Of a stretch of 64,000 nt of DNA, positions 41,847 through 51,044 are shown in pieces. The notes beneath the pieces are model-generated. The model was not told the DNA's origin. It searched no databases and worked only from the letters and a program-made list of their open reading frames with translations. A program made the translations under genes and the position numbers. This stretch comes from an uncultured delta proteobacterium (lineage in GTDB: Bacteria > Desulfobacterota > Binatia > Binatales > Binataceae), in assembly GCA_963774705.1 (NCBI GenBank), contig CAVZFW010000015.1:138046-202045 (forward strand), read 5' to 3'. Numbering within the stretch: position 1 is the stretch's first letter; each line of letters begins with the position of its first letter.

Positions 41847-42134
41847 ATGAAAGTAGCAAAGACGGGAGCCTTTCTGGCGACGGCGGTTGGGCTGATGTTC
41901 ATGGCCAACGTCGCATTGGCTCAAGAAAACGTTGCGGCGGCCGGCAGCGGCGCACCAACCACAGAGAGCGCGAAGGTGAAATGCCTGGGAGCCAATAGTT
42001 GTAAGGGACAGAGCTCGTGCAAAAGCGCGCAAAATGATTGCAAGGGACAAAACGCCTGCAAAGGTAAGGGCTTCATCGAAACGTCGAGCTCTCAGGAATG
42101 CACGCAGAAAGGCGGTATGCCGGCAACTAGCTGA
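41847..42134 (+). CDS. bufA: BufA2-like (six-Cys bufferin-type) signal-peptide precursor
   Basis: 95 aa, AAAGGAG RBS. Signal MKVAKTGAFLATAVGLMFMANVALA. Core KCLGANSCKGQSSCKSAQNDCKGQNACKGKGFIETSSSQECTQKGG has six Cys in CKG-type repeats. Confidence 0.7.
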   Translation: MKVAKTGAFLATAVGLMFMANVALAQENVAAAGSGAPTTESAKVKCLGANSCKGQSSCKSAQNDCKGQNACKGKGFIETSSSQECTQKGGMPATS

Positions 42135-42158
42135 CAGATTGTCGAATCTGTCCATGGC

Positions 42159-42196
42159 GGCAGGACGTTTTCCCTTGCGTCCTGCCGTTTTCGTTT
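42159..42196 (+). terminator. rho-independent terminator after the bufA-like gene
   Basis: GGCAGGACG-N10-CGTCCTGCC followed by GTTTTCGTTT. Confidence 0.7.
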
Positions 42197-42272
42197 CAGC
42201 CGACTGTCGGCTAGTTTACGCCCACGATCCAAAGAATAAGGAGAGCGATTATTTTCCGAGACCTGGTCTTCG

Positions 42273-43160
42273 TCAGTCGGGAGTTTTTCGATGTTTGTTC
42301 AGAACCTGATTCTTCAGGTAGGCGACAATAGGTGCGACTTCCTTAGGTTGCCATCCCTGGTAAGCCACCTTCCAGTCGACAGGCCACACTATTCTGAGGT
42401 CCTCTCGGACAGGAAGATCGGTGCGCTCATACAAGGATAAAGCCGCGATGGCCACGGTTCTTTGCATCTCTCGATCGTGGACCATCCCAAAAGGATGCCC
42501 AAAGGGAAATTCCACTCCCACAATACGCGGTAAACCGAACCGTTCCGCAAGATCGGGTAGCATCGTCACAAGAACTGTTGGAATTCCGGCAGCTTCAACG
42601 ATACGCGCCAGCACGGGCACGTTTCTACAGCAATCGGGTCAGCCGGGAGCCAGTATCAGAAGGTCGACATCCTCCTGCCGGAGCCGCGTCACGAGTTCAG
42701 GTCCATAGACATCGTGCCATGCGGTAGATGACCTTCCCTGGTAACCCATGAAGGAATAATGACTCTCGGCCAGAGAACCGATTCGTCCCTCTTCTTCGAA
42801 TTGCGCAAACACCTCGAGCGGAAGGGCGATATTAAAATCGGACACCACGTCATCGGGATTCAAATGGAGATGCGCGACCGCTATCTCATCCGCACCAACG
42901 TTGCGCGGAATAACGCGATACGTCGGGTCTCCCCACATTGGCTCTCGTCGCTCGCGCTCTAGGTCAAAGGATTGCTGCCGGTTTTTCAGATAGAGCCCGG
43001 ACGACGTCAGCAGCGTGACTCGCGCGCTCATTAAAGGCACCTTAGCTACGGCCTGCGCGAAGTCGCCGGCTTGGTACTGAAACGCCTTGAATTCCGGAAT
43101 CATACTGCGTGGCAGGAATTTGTACCCGTCTATTCTGAAGTCGTCATCGGCCTTTGTCAT
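42273..43160 (-). CDS. GrdB-family (glycine/sarcosine/betaine/proline reductase B-like) selenoprotein, UGA 42641-42639 read as Sec
   Basis: The two track ORFs (42639-43160 and 42273-42620) are in the same frame. The joined sequence VDLLILAPG-U-PDCCRNVPVLARIVEAAGIPTVLVTM...RIVGVEFPFGHPFG aligns with the GrdB Sec region as I recall it (DAVILTST-U-GTCTRCGATMVKEIERAGIPVV...IPHPLGNP). Confidence 0.7.
42600..42625 (-). promoter_or_regulatory. SECIS-like hairpin
   Basis: mRNA GAAACGUGCC-CGUGCU-GGCGCGUAUC is a 10-bp stem with one A-A mismatch and a 6-nt G/U-containing loop, starting 13 nt after the UGA. Confidence 0.5.
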
Positions 43161-43314
43161 CGAACGATTCCTTTTCTTCCGCCAGAGCTCGGGAGAACCT
43201 TCCAGTTTCTCCGAAGGTTGTATGCCGCAACTTTGGTCGCTGGAGGCCTGAGGTCCAAGTCAGAAAAAATCTGAGCCTTAGCGGGGCCAGCTCACCGCGC
43301 GCTTCATGACGGCG

Positions 43315-44697
43315 CTATCGCATAATCAGACCGAGGCCACCGGGCGTCGTGTATCTCTCGAGGTCAAGGAATTCCTTGGGCGCCTGCTCGTTCAGATAAA
43401 ATGGCTCGCCTTCACCAGCTTCGGCGAAGACAGTCGCATGTGAATATTTTACATCCCAGAAGCCATAGACCATCGAGTTAGAGATATCCACCGGTCCAAT
43501 GCCTGGTACGTCGATTGTGCGTGGAAAGAAGGCGATAAAGCGCCAAGGTTGCATCTTCTCATCATAAAGGTCTTCCCAAAGCGGCGCAGACGTCGCTTTA
43601 TCGATGTACACCACCCGTTTGCCGAGGCAATGCCCTCCACCGCCCGCGATTTTGGTGACGCTGACGACATAGACATCTCTCAGTTGCCACTTCCCCCATG
43701 TGGGCTTTGGCCAGCCGAGCGGCATATCATAATTTGAGGGCAATCTGCCGGCCGGCATCGTGTAACCAACCAGCGCCAGAATCTTTTTTTCGGCAATCAA
43801 ATCGGCGCTGATCCGGGTCAGGTTGGAGTCAAATCCAAACCTCCGGTCGTCTGGCGTTTCGTCGGTTCCCAAATCAGCGCTGCATCGTGCACTCGGGGAT
43901 AGCGGCTGATAGCGACGCAGCGACGGAATAAAGACGTAAACGTCCTCTGAGCGAGCTAAATCGGCATAGGAAATGGTAAGGACAGTAGTATATCGCTCCT
44001 GCTCGGGCTCTTTGACCATCTCATATTGAGTGAAGTATTTGCCTTCCGCACCCGGAACATCACGTGGGATTCCCGGATCCGTATTGAAAGCCAGTTGCCG
44101 ATAAACTTTCATCCCAGCTTTGCAACTGATGCTGTTGCCATTGTCGATCGTACATACTACGCCATTGGTGTCGACGCTCAGATGCGGCAAATAGCGAAAC
44201 CATAAGTTGGCTAGAATCTTCCATCCCTTGTGCGGCTCTTCGGGCTTTGGAAAGGGCGTGCCCCCCTCGTAACCGGCGAGCGTCAAGCCACCGTTCGGGA
44301 GCTCTATAGCCTTGACCTGGCCCGCGTATTTTTCGGTAGCTTCAACATAATTTTTGGGCAACGGATGGACGATCGTCGGCCCGATTTCCATCTCAACGTC
44401 TGGTGGCATTTTCCAGAAATATTTCCCGTCGAACAGTGCCGCCATCCCATCAGGCATATATTTGCGAAAATTCGTCCAGTTCTGCATCGTGATCTTGGCT
44501 TCCGCAGGCGCTGTATCTGAGGCGTTCGCCGCGCTACCTTCGGGGCCACGCGCTGAGGCGGCGTCGCCGGACGGAGTAGTTTGCGCGCGCACGATTGCAG
44601 ATCCGAGCCCGACCGCCAGGACAACGACAAGCGCCGCGAAACTCTCAAAGAGCCGGAGTCGCTCTCGACCCCGCGCTGATTTCTTCACCACAAACAT
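43315..44697 (-). CDS. DUF1329-family periplasmic protein (copy C, divergent, intact)
   Basis: 460 aa with a signal peptide. ITMQNWTNFRKYMPDGMAALFDGKYFWKMP, GGTPFPKPEEPHKGWKILANLW, ending TTPGGLGLIMR. Roughly 40% identical to copy B by eye. Confidence 0.85.
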   Translation of the reverse strand: MFVVKKSARGRERLRLFESFAALVVVLAVGLGSAIVRAQTTPSGDAASARGPEGSAANASDTAPAEAKITMQNWTNFRKYMPDGMAALFDGKYFWKMPPDVEMEIGPTIVHPLPKNYVEATEKYAGQVKAIELPNGGLTLAGYEGGTPFPKPEEPHKGWKILANLWFRYLPHLSVDTNGVVCTIDNGNSISCKAGMKVYRQLAFNTDPGIPRDVPGAEGKYFTQYEMVKEPEQERYTTVLTISYADLARSEDVYVFIPSLRRYQPLSPSARCSADLGTDETPDDRRFGFDSNLTRISADLIAEKKILALVGYTMPAGRLPSNYDMPLGWPKPTWGKWQLRDVYVVSVTKIAGGGGHCLGKRVVYIDKATSAPLWEDLYDEKMQPWRFIAFFPRTIDVPGIGPVDISNSMVYGFWDVKYSHATVFAEAGEGEPFYLNEQAPKEFLDLERYTTPGGLGLIMR

Positions 44698-44770
44698 ATC
44701 TATTCACACCTTCCTTTCCGGCGGCTAAAAAGCCAGGATGGGCCTCGGACATCCAGTGAGATCGCAAGGA

Positions 44771-45592
44771 TCAGCCTTTTGCTCCCGGCCACGACGCAGC
44801 CGCGCCGAGCCCCTCGAGAGCAAGGCCGTAGCCCAGATCATCGAGCATCAGCTTTTTCAGTTGCTGCGTCAGCGCGACGCGCGCGTAACGCACCGTGAGC
44901 GAGGGTTTCGTAACAATCTCTCGAGCCAATTGCCACGCACGCGGCAGCAAAGCCTCGCGTGTCAGCACTTCACTGACGACGCCGAGTGACATAGCATCGG
45001 ATGCCGAGATCTTCTGCCCTGTCAGGAGGAAATAGCGGCCGCGATTAGGCCCTAATACCAGTGGCCACACCAGATGCACTCCGTCGCCTGGTACAACCCC
45101 ATTGGGAAAATGGGGCGCATCCTGGAATTCCGCGTTTTCCGAAGCAAGCACGATGTCGCACAGCACAGCGAGTTCCGCGTGGATTAGGGCCGGACCGTTA
45201 ACCGCCGCGATCATGGGTACCTCTATATTCAGGAGATTCGTCAGTAGGTACTTCGCGTCAGAGTAGATATGGTCCCAATTGGTCGGTGGGATGCCCGCAG
45301 GTCGAGGCGGAGCGTGCTCCTCCGATACCTGGAGTCCTCCCGGTCCTCCGCTGCGGTTCATTTCGGCGCAAAACGCGTTGCCGGTCCCGGTAATAATTAC
45401 GCAGCAATTCTCATGGTCTCGCGCGACATCGTAGAAAGCATACGATAACTCTTCATGGGGCAACGCACTCCATTCGAATTCAGCATTATTGCTATGTAGC
45501 GTCAGCTGCAGAATGCCGTCTCGGCGCTCCATCCTTACTTGACTGTATTTCGTTGCGTAGTCGTCGAATCTCATCTTCACCACCTCGAACAT
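44771..45592 (-). CDS. enoyl-CoA hydratase/isomerase (crotonase) family protein
   Basis: 273 aa. [53 protein letters not shown] are typical crotonase blocks. Confidence 0.8.
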   Translation of the reverse strand: MFEVVKMRFDDYATKYSQVRMERRDGILQLTLHSNNAEFEWSALPHEELSYAFYDVARDHENCCVIITGTGNAFCAEMNRSGGPGGLQVSEEHAPPRPAGIPPTNWDHIYSDAKYLLTNLLNIEVPMIAAVNGPALIHAELAVLCDIVLASENAEFQDAPHFPNGVVPGDGVHLVWPLVLGPNRGRYFLLTGQKISASDAMSLGVVSEVLTREALLPRAWQLAREIVTKPSLTVRYARVALTQQLKKLMLDDLGYGLALEGLGAAASWPGAKG

Positions 45593-45668
45593 TTTCGTTG
45601 CGCTTTTTCCGCCATGCGCCAGCGCTCTTACTCAGCACTACTCACTGCTCTCGAGCGAACTCGTGCAG

Positions 45669-46358
45669 TCAGGTGTCGTACCCTGGAGCATTCCGCGCGT
45701 CCTCGAATCGGGCCAGCTGCCGTTCACGCCAAAGAGCGATCGGATCGTCGCTTGACAGAAGCTTGAAGGGGCTTGTACTCCGAGCCCACATGAAACCGCC
45801 TAAGACTAAGTAGTCAGCGTAAATCGGCGCCTCTCCACCCACAAAGGGTTGCGTCTTCAGCGTTGTGCGAAAGGGTTCGAGGGTCTGTCGAAAGCCAATC
45901 ACCCGATGATCGCGATCCGCGCACGCCGCTTCGAGCGTCATGCCCAGGCGCTGCTCGCGGCTAGACCGAAAATACGCGCGATCTTTTTCGTGAAGATGGG
46001 CGAATACGTCGATCAGAATGAGGGGCACCAAGCCCGGCAGAAGTACATCGTCGGTCCAGCTTTCAACGAAACGGGTTAACGCCAGCCCGGCCTGTCCGCC
46101 GAAGAGCGAAGCTCCATCAGCGTTGTTCTCGAGATGGTTGACGATCGTCCAAGAGCCTGTGAGTACTTTGCCGCGATCGAGCAGTACCGGTACTCGGCCC
46201 TGCTGTGAGAAAGCGATTACCTCCTTGTCGGTAAAGCGCCAGGGTATGGTTTCCACTGGTAGCCCTTTGTGCGCGAGTGCGAGGCGTACACGCCAACAAT
46301 AAGGGCTGAACCGTCGATCGGCCTCCGCTCCAGCAAGGTCGTACAGTATCAGCGCCAC
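45669..46358 (-). CDS. glutathione S-transferase family protein
   Basis: 229 aa. MALILYDLAGAEADRRFSPYCWRVRLALAHKGLPVE...GRVPVLLD is a thioredoxin-like GST N-domain. Confidence 0.75.
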   Translation of the reverse strand: MALILYDLAGAEADRRFSPYCWRVRLALAHKGLPVETIPWRFTDKEVIAFSQQGRVPVLLDRGKVLTGSWTIVNHLENNADGASLFGGQAGLALTRFVESWTDDVLLPGLVPLILIDVFAHLHEKDRAYFRSSREQRLGMTLEAACADRDHRVIGFRQTLEPFRTTLKTQPFVGGEAPIYADYLVLGGFMWARSTSPFKLLSSDDPIALWRERQLARFEDARNAPGYDT

Positions 46359-46373
46359 CGCGATTGGTCCTCC

Positions 46374-47072
46374 TCAGCGAGCCGTCATATTGGCCGTGGT
46401 CTGGCCAAAGAGGATCTTTTTCGCATCTTCATTCACGAGTTGGCCGCGCTTTTCTTTGCCCAGGTCGACTCCTCTGACGACTGCCGGACGGCTGCGAATC
46501 GTTTCGAACCAGACCTTAAGCCGTGGGAAGTCCTCAAGCTTCTGACCTTGAAGCTTGTACGGCATAACCCAGGGGAAAGCAGCCATGTCCGCAATCGAAT
46601 ATTCGCCCGCGAGAAACGGGCGATCCTGTAAACGACTCTCGATGACTCGGTACAGCCGGTTGGTTTCCTTGATATAGCGCGCGATAGCGTACGGCAATTT
46701 CTCAGGCGCGTAGATGTTGAAATGATGATTTTGCCCAGCCATCGGACCTAGACCGCCCATCTGCCAGTAGAGCCATTGGAGCACCTCGTACTTGCCACGG
46801 GGCTCCCTGGGCATGAATTTTCCAGTTTTTTCCGCGAGGTACTCGAGAATCGCGCCACTTTCGAAAATCGAGATGAGCGCGCCGCCACCCAGCGGCTCAT
46901 GGTCAACAATCGCAGGCATTCGGTTGTTCGGACTGATTTTGAGGAAGTCGGGCTTGAACTGCTCGCCCGCGCCGATATTCACATACTTAATGGCGTAAGG
47001 AACGTTGCATTCCTCTAGCATGATACTGACTTTCCAGCCGTTCGGGGTTGGCCAATAGTAAAGATCGATCAC
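46374..47072 (-). CDS. glutathione S-transferase (YfcG/Nu-like)
   Basis: 232 aa. MIDLYYWPTPNGWKVSIMLEE...GEQFKPDFLKISPNNRMPAIVD...IFESGAILEYLAEKTG. Confidence 0.85.
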   Translation of the reverse strand: MIDLYYWPTPNGWKVSIMLEECNVPYAIKYVNIGAGEQFKPDFLKISPNNRMPAIVDHEPLGGGALISIFESGAILEYLAEKTGKFMPREPRGKYEVLQWLYWQMGGLGPMAGQNHHFNIYAPEKLPYAIARYIKETNRLYRVIESRLQDRPFLAGEYSIADMAAFPWVMPYKLQGQKLEDFPRLKVWFETIRSRPAVVRGVDLGKEKRGQLVNEDAKKILFGQTTANMTAR

Positions 47073-47328
47073 GGTGTGTCTCCATTTTGGCTCTCTGTGT
47101 TCTGCCTCTCGAACCCTAACTCATTTTGGAACGTTCGGTCAAGGATAGTGAGATAACAGGCCGCGAGGATCGATGATCAGGCTTGATATTTGATTGTTTC
47201 TGATTCTTGAAAGCCTTGACGGTGAAGCCACAATCGTTCCAACATGGTCTGTAGAAAAATGTCGAGCATAGACGCGTGCATGCCGCTAGCGAGACAAAGC
47301 CTTCCCGCCGCCCGATGTGAATGTGCGG

Positions 47329-48027
47329 TCAACCGGGGGGTTCAGTACGTGGAATGCGGCGAGGAAATCGGAGCAAGACAGCGCCAGCCCAGGTTGAAAG
47401 CGCAATAAGCGTGAACGCGGGCAACAGGTGCCAGGTGAGCAGATGCAGTGGCTCGTCGATCGGACAGACGATCCGCATCAGCGCAAATGAGAAAAACATC
47501 GCGCCGGCGCCAATTAACGACCCTGACAGCCTGCCGCGTGTCGGGAACCCGCGGCTCACGAGCCACCACAGCAGCAGCCATGGCGTCGCGGCCAGCACCA
47601 GCGTCTCGCTTGCGCAGCGCAAACCAAGGTGGAGAAATTCCTGTAACTGATAGTCGATCCGGATTGGTGCGCTGACAGTTATAAGCACGATACCGGCCAG
47701 CACCAAGGTCACCCCGAGGATGGTTTCGGCCGCGCGCAGTGGCCGCCCCGGGATGGCCGAGCGGAGGGCGAGTATCGCCGAGATCATCGCGGCGGCAACA
47801 AAGAGCACGATCTCGAGCGCATAAGCTGGCCGGTGTTCGAGCTTAGGCAGGAAATCATTGTCGGTATGCGTGATGACCCACGCCAGGACGCCGACCTCCA
47901 GGAGCATCCAGAGCACCAGCCGTACCCGCACCGGCCGCAGCCGGCGCGCCGGCTTGATCTCGTGCGCCAGCCGGCTCACCAATTCACGATGATGCTCTTC
48001 GTGGGTCCTTTGCGATAGTTCGGGCAT
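47329..48027 (-). CDS. nrsF: NrsF-type anti-sigma factor (DUF1109), intact
   Basis: 232 aa, six hydrophobic helices, immediately follows the ECF sigma with no gap. LVSRLAHEIKPARRLRP...LVLWMLLEVGVLAWV pattern of DUF1109. Confidence 0.75.
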   Translation of the reverse strand: MPELSQRTHEEHHRELVSRLAHEIKPARRLRPVRVRLVLWMLLEVGVLAWVITHTDNDFLPKLEHRPAYALEIVLFVAAAMISAILALRSAIPGRPLRAAETILGVTLVLAGIVLITVSAPIRIDYQLQEFLHLGLRCASETLVLAATPWLLLWWLVSRGFPTRGRLSGSLIGAGAMFFSFALMRIVCPIDEPLHLLTWHLLPAFTLIALSTWAGAVLLRFPRRIPRTEPPG

Positions 48028-48579
48028 CTACTCGCCGATTAGCCTTTTCAAAGCCTTGTACGCACGATGCGCTCGCACCTTCAGGGCGCCGACCGAGACC
48101 CCGGCCCGGGCCGCCGCTGCCTCGACCGACAATCCGTCAAGCTTCAGAAGCGAAAAGGCCTGACGCTGATCGGACGGAAGTTTGGCGAGAATTTCGTCGA
48201 GCTCGGGTGGCGCGGTATTGGAGCTATCCGCCGGCCGTTCAGGCAGCTCCGCGACGAGCTCTTCCCAGTGAGCGCGCGACCAGCGGCGGCGCGTGTAGTC
48301 GGCGGCAATGTTGCGCGCGATCGCAAAGAGCCAGGGCTCAAAGGGACGGCCCGGCTCGTAGGTGTGACGCGCTTCGAAGATTGCCATGAACACTTCCTGA
48401 TAGACGTCCTCGAGTTCATGCGGGTCGGCCACGCGGCGTCGCAAAAAGTACGTCAACGACGGCCCAATATCGTCCAGCAGCGCACTGCATGCGCCGGAAT
48501 CGCCCTGCTGCAACTGCTCCATCAGTCGAGCGCGGCGGCGAGTGCGCTCAAGACGCTGGGCTTCATCCGACTCTTTCAT
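48028..48579 (-). CDS. ECF-type sigma factor (sigma 2, SigF-like, paired with NrsF)
   Basis: Region 2 ELEDVYQEVFMAIFEARHTYEPGRPFEPWLFAIARNIAADY. Region 4 LPSDQRQAFSLLKLDGLSVEAAAARAGVSVGALKVRAHRAYKAL. The true start may be Met20 (48522), see findings. Confidence 0.9.
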   Translation of the reverse strand: MKESDEAQRLERTRRRARLMEQLQQGDSGACSALLDDIGPSLTYFLRRRVADPHELEDVYQEVFMAIFEARHTYEPGRPFEPWLFAIARNIAADYTRRRWSRAHWEELVAELPERPADSSNTAPPELDEILAKLPSDQRQAFSLLKLDGLSVEAAAARAGVSVGALKVRAHRAYKALKRLIGE

Positions 48580-48603
48580 TCTCCGCGCTCAGCCAAAAGT
48601 TAC
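48578..48603 (-). promoter_or_regulatory. ECF-type promoter motif, site 2
   Basis: Minus strand reads GTAACTTTTGGCTGAGCGCGGAGAAT. Its last nucleotides overlap the annotated ATG of sigma 2. Confidence 0.5.
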
Positions 48604-48730
48604 TCGGGAATGTGCCATGTCCATCGCGCGAGCCATGGACGCAGCGAGCATAGCCATTTTGAGGACGTGGTGACAGCGCGGCTCGCGAATGTCGCTAAGG
48701 GACCTTCCGCGGGATGATCGCACCAAACCC

Positions 48731-48756
48731 GTAACTTTTGAAGCGCCAGCCGGAAT
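48731..48756 (+). promoter_or_regulatory. ECF-type promoter motif, site 3
   Basis: GTAACTTTTGAAGCGCCAGCCGGAAT. 55 nt upstream of ATG 48812. Confidence 0.6.
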
Positions 48757-48811
48757 TGGTCAGACAGCGGATCGCTCGCTGAAGGTGGTCTTGCTGGAGA
48801 AAGGATGGGTC

Positions 48812-49393
48812 ATGAAGCGCACTGGGTTTTCATTTCCTCGCAAGAGTGATTTCGCAACCAATGGTGCCGGCGAGGATGACCGTCGGGGTAATGTCGACAC
48901 ACGAAACAAGCGACGGATGACTGCCCTGTCGTGCACCTTGGTAATAGCCTTCGCCATGCAGATGATGCCGGTCTGGATGGATCGCGCAGATGCTGGGTCA
49001 GACTTGACGTTGGCGCCAAATCTTTCGTTCGATGATGACTCGAGTCCGAACTTCCCGATCCAGGGAAAGCAACTCTCCGAAGGATCAAAAGCGTCCGGCG
49101 AAGCGACGGTGATTTTCTTCGGTACCGCCAATTGCTGGAACACCGCACGCGAGGCCGAACGTCTGATCAGGCTATACCCACAGTTCCGCAATCGGATTCA
49201 TTTCGTGATTGTGGACCTCCACAACGTTGCGCCTGAGCAGGAGGCCTTGGTGTCTCACTACTACCATGGATACATCCCCACCATCACCGCGATCGATAGC
49301 CGGGGTCAAGTGATTTACGATCGGGCCGGGGAAACCGCCGCGACTCGTGGCGACACGAGCAATCTGCAGACTTTACTCGAGTCGATTCACTAG
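48812..49393 (+). CDS. thioredoxin-fold (TlpA-like) exported protein, single-Cys CWNT motif
   Basis: Start ATG 48812 or the internal Met before the hydrophobic LSCTLVIAFAMQMMPVW. ATVIFFGTANCWNTAREAERL...YIPTITAIDSRGQVIY fits a thioredoxin fold. Confidence 0.5.
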   Translation: MKRTGFSFPRKSDFATNGAGEDDRRGNVDTRNKRRMTALSCTLVIAFAMQMMPVWMDRADAGSDLTLAPNLSFDDDSSPNFPIQGKQLSEGSKASGEATVIFFGTANCWNTAREAERLIRLYPQFRNRIHFVIVDLHNVAPEQEALVSHYYHGYIPTITAIDSRGQVIYDRAGETAATRGDTSNLQTLLESIH

Positions 49394-49413
49394 CCTTTGG
49401 AGCCGGAATAAAA

Positions 49414-49659
49414 ATGAAGAATCGCAGCGTAGCCATCGGGGCACGAGTCCCATCCACAATTTCAGGTGCTTGCTACTCGAGCGATTCGACCACAAATAGT
49501 TTGCCCGGTTTGCACTGGATGGGCTCACTGCCATCCGTGACTGAACAATTACGCGACGCCGAGACCCACGCGCAACCAGAAACCGGCAAGGGCGGTGTGA
49601 CGCTGGAGATGGTGCGGCAATTGCTGGACGCAACTGATCAAGAAGATGGCAAACGTTGA
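49414..49659 (+). CDS. 81-aa hypothetical ORF downstream of the thioredoxin-like gene
   Basis: GGAG RBS 9 nt upstream of the ATG. No recognisable family. Could be non-coding. Confidence 0.3.
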   Translation: MKNRSVAIGARVPSTISGACYSSDSTTNSLPGLHWMGSLPSVTEQLRDAETHAQPETGKGGVTLEMVRQLLDATDQEDGKR

Positions 49660-49939
49660 CGCGAGAATCGACCGAACGTCTGCTGGAATTCGAACCGGCG
49701 GTACCGTTATCCACGCCTGGTGATCGCTTGACGCTTTTGCCTGACTTACTGACGGTCCAGGAAGTCGCTCGACAGTTCGAATTCAACCCGCCAAATAAAG
49801 CAACATTTGAGCATTCGGCGCTCTCCGGTTGCGCTCACTCGGCGAATGCGAACGCTCGGAGGGGCGATGTCTCGTTTCCCGTCCGCCGGCCGAGCCGGCC
49901 CGAGGAAGTAGCCAAGCAAGGTAGCGGTTTGCCGCTGCG

Positions 49940-50450
49940 ATTCACCACTCTCGGATTGGGCGATTCCGCCCAGCGCTCCATCAGCTTCGCCCACGCCTCG
50001 ACGCTCGCCAATACCTTGTCCCGGGTCTCCGGGGGAACCCAGCTGAACGGAACCGACGCGTGCTTCGGTAAACCTGGCCAGCGCGCGATGATCCTGATCG
50101 AGCTTGCCAGCCGGCTCATCGTAAGCGTCGATCGCAAGGGTCTTCGGTTCGCGGCCGGACTGGGCCAGCAGTTCACGAAATTCGCCGAGTTTGGCGAAGA
50201 AGGCCTCGCCGCGCACCGTCGGCATCCAGCCGTCGCAATACGCGCTCGCGGCTCTCATCGCGGCCGGCGCCTAGCCGCCCATTGTAATTGGTGGAAACGC
50301 CCCACACATGATGTCGCCCTCGAATTGGCTGCCTTCGAAATCGATCATCGTCGCCGCACCGACAGATCGTTCCCGATCAGCTCACACGCTCTCGGCGGTG
50401 TATCAAAAAGGTCTCGATAGGACCGTGCTGGATTCATTTTCCCCAAACCG
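49940..50450 (-). pseudogene. luciferase-like monooxygenase (LLM) C-terminal remnant, frameshifted
   Basis: AYCDGWMPTVRGEAFFAKLGEFRELLAQSGREPKTLAI, then TRDKVLASVEAWAKLMERW in another frame. An upstream piece MIDFEGSQFEGDIM is in a third frame. Confidence 0.5.
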
Positions 50451-50994
50451 GCTTGGTCAGATTCGTCGACCTATCGGCAACTCGAAGAAATGACGGCGGA
50501 GCGCGCCGTTGAGGTCATCATCCCCGCCTGAACCGTTCGCTGCTCAAAGTAGCCGTTACTCGAGACGGCATTCCGGCAACGCAAGCGAGTTGTTGGAATC
50601 AGCTGGCGTTTGGATGAAACGTATATCAGCGTCAAAACTATCTGTATCGAGCCATCGACAAGGCTGGTGATACGGTGGACTTCATGCTGACCGCGAAGCG
50701 CGACCGCAGAGCCCCTTCGCGTTTTTTGCGCAAGTCCAAGAGCAGAGCCAACGCTGCGGCGATCGAAGACTACAACCACGACCTGAACACCAGCATCGAA
50801 CTGCGACAGGTCAAATATCTCAACAACATTGACGAGCGGGACCACCGTGCGATCAAACGACTGACGCGGCCGATGCTGGGCTTCAAATCGTTTTGGTCGG
50901 CTGCCACAACGCTGGCAGGGATCGAGATCGTACAGATGACTCGCAAAAGCTCTAGCTGATCTGCCAACGCACACTCACGCCTGCGCAACAGTTC
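50440..50994 (+). mobile_element. IS6-family element remnant (transposase with stop, frameshift and deletion)
   Basis: YRQLEEMTAERAVEV, SWRLDETYISVK, YLYRAIDKAGDTVDFMLTAKRDRRA, IELRQVKYLNNIDERDHRAIKRLTRPMLGFKSFWSAATTLAGIEIVQMTRK. Right end TGCGCAACAGTTC resembles the IS26-type IR GCAACAGT. Confidence 0.7.
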
Positions 50995-51044
50995 TACTCA
51001 TTGGCCTGAATGAGCCGGGGTGGCAGAAAATCGCTTCGACTAGT

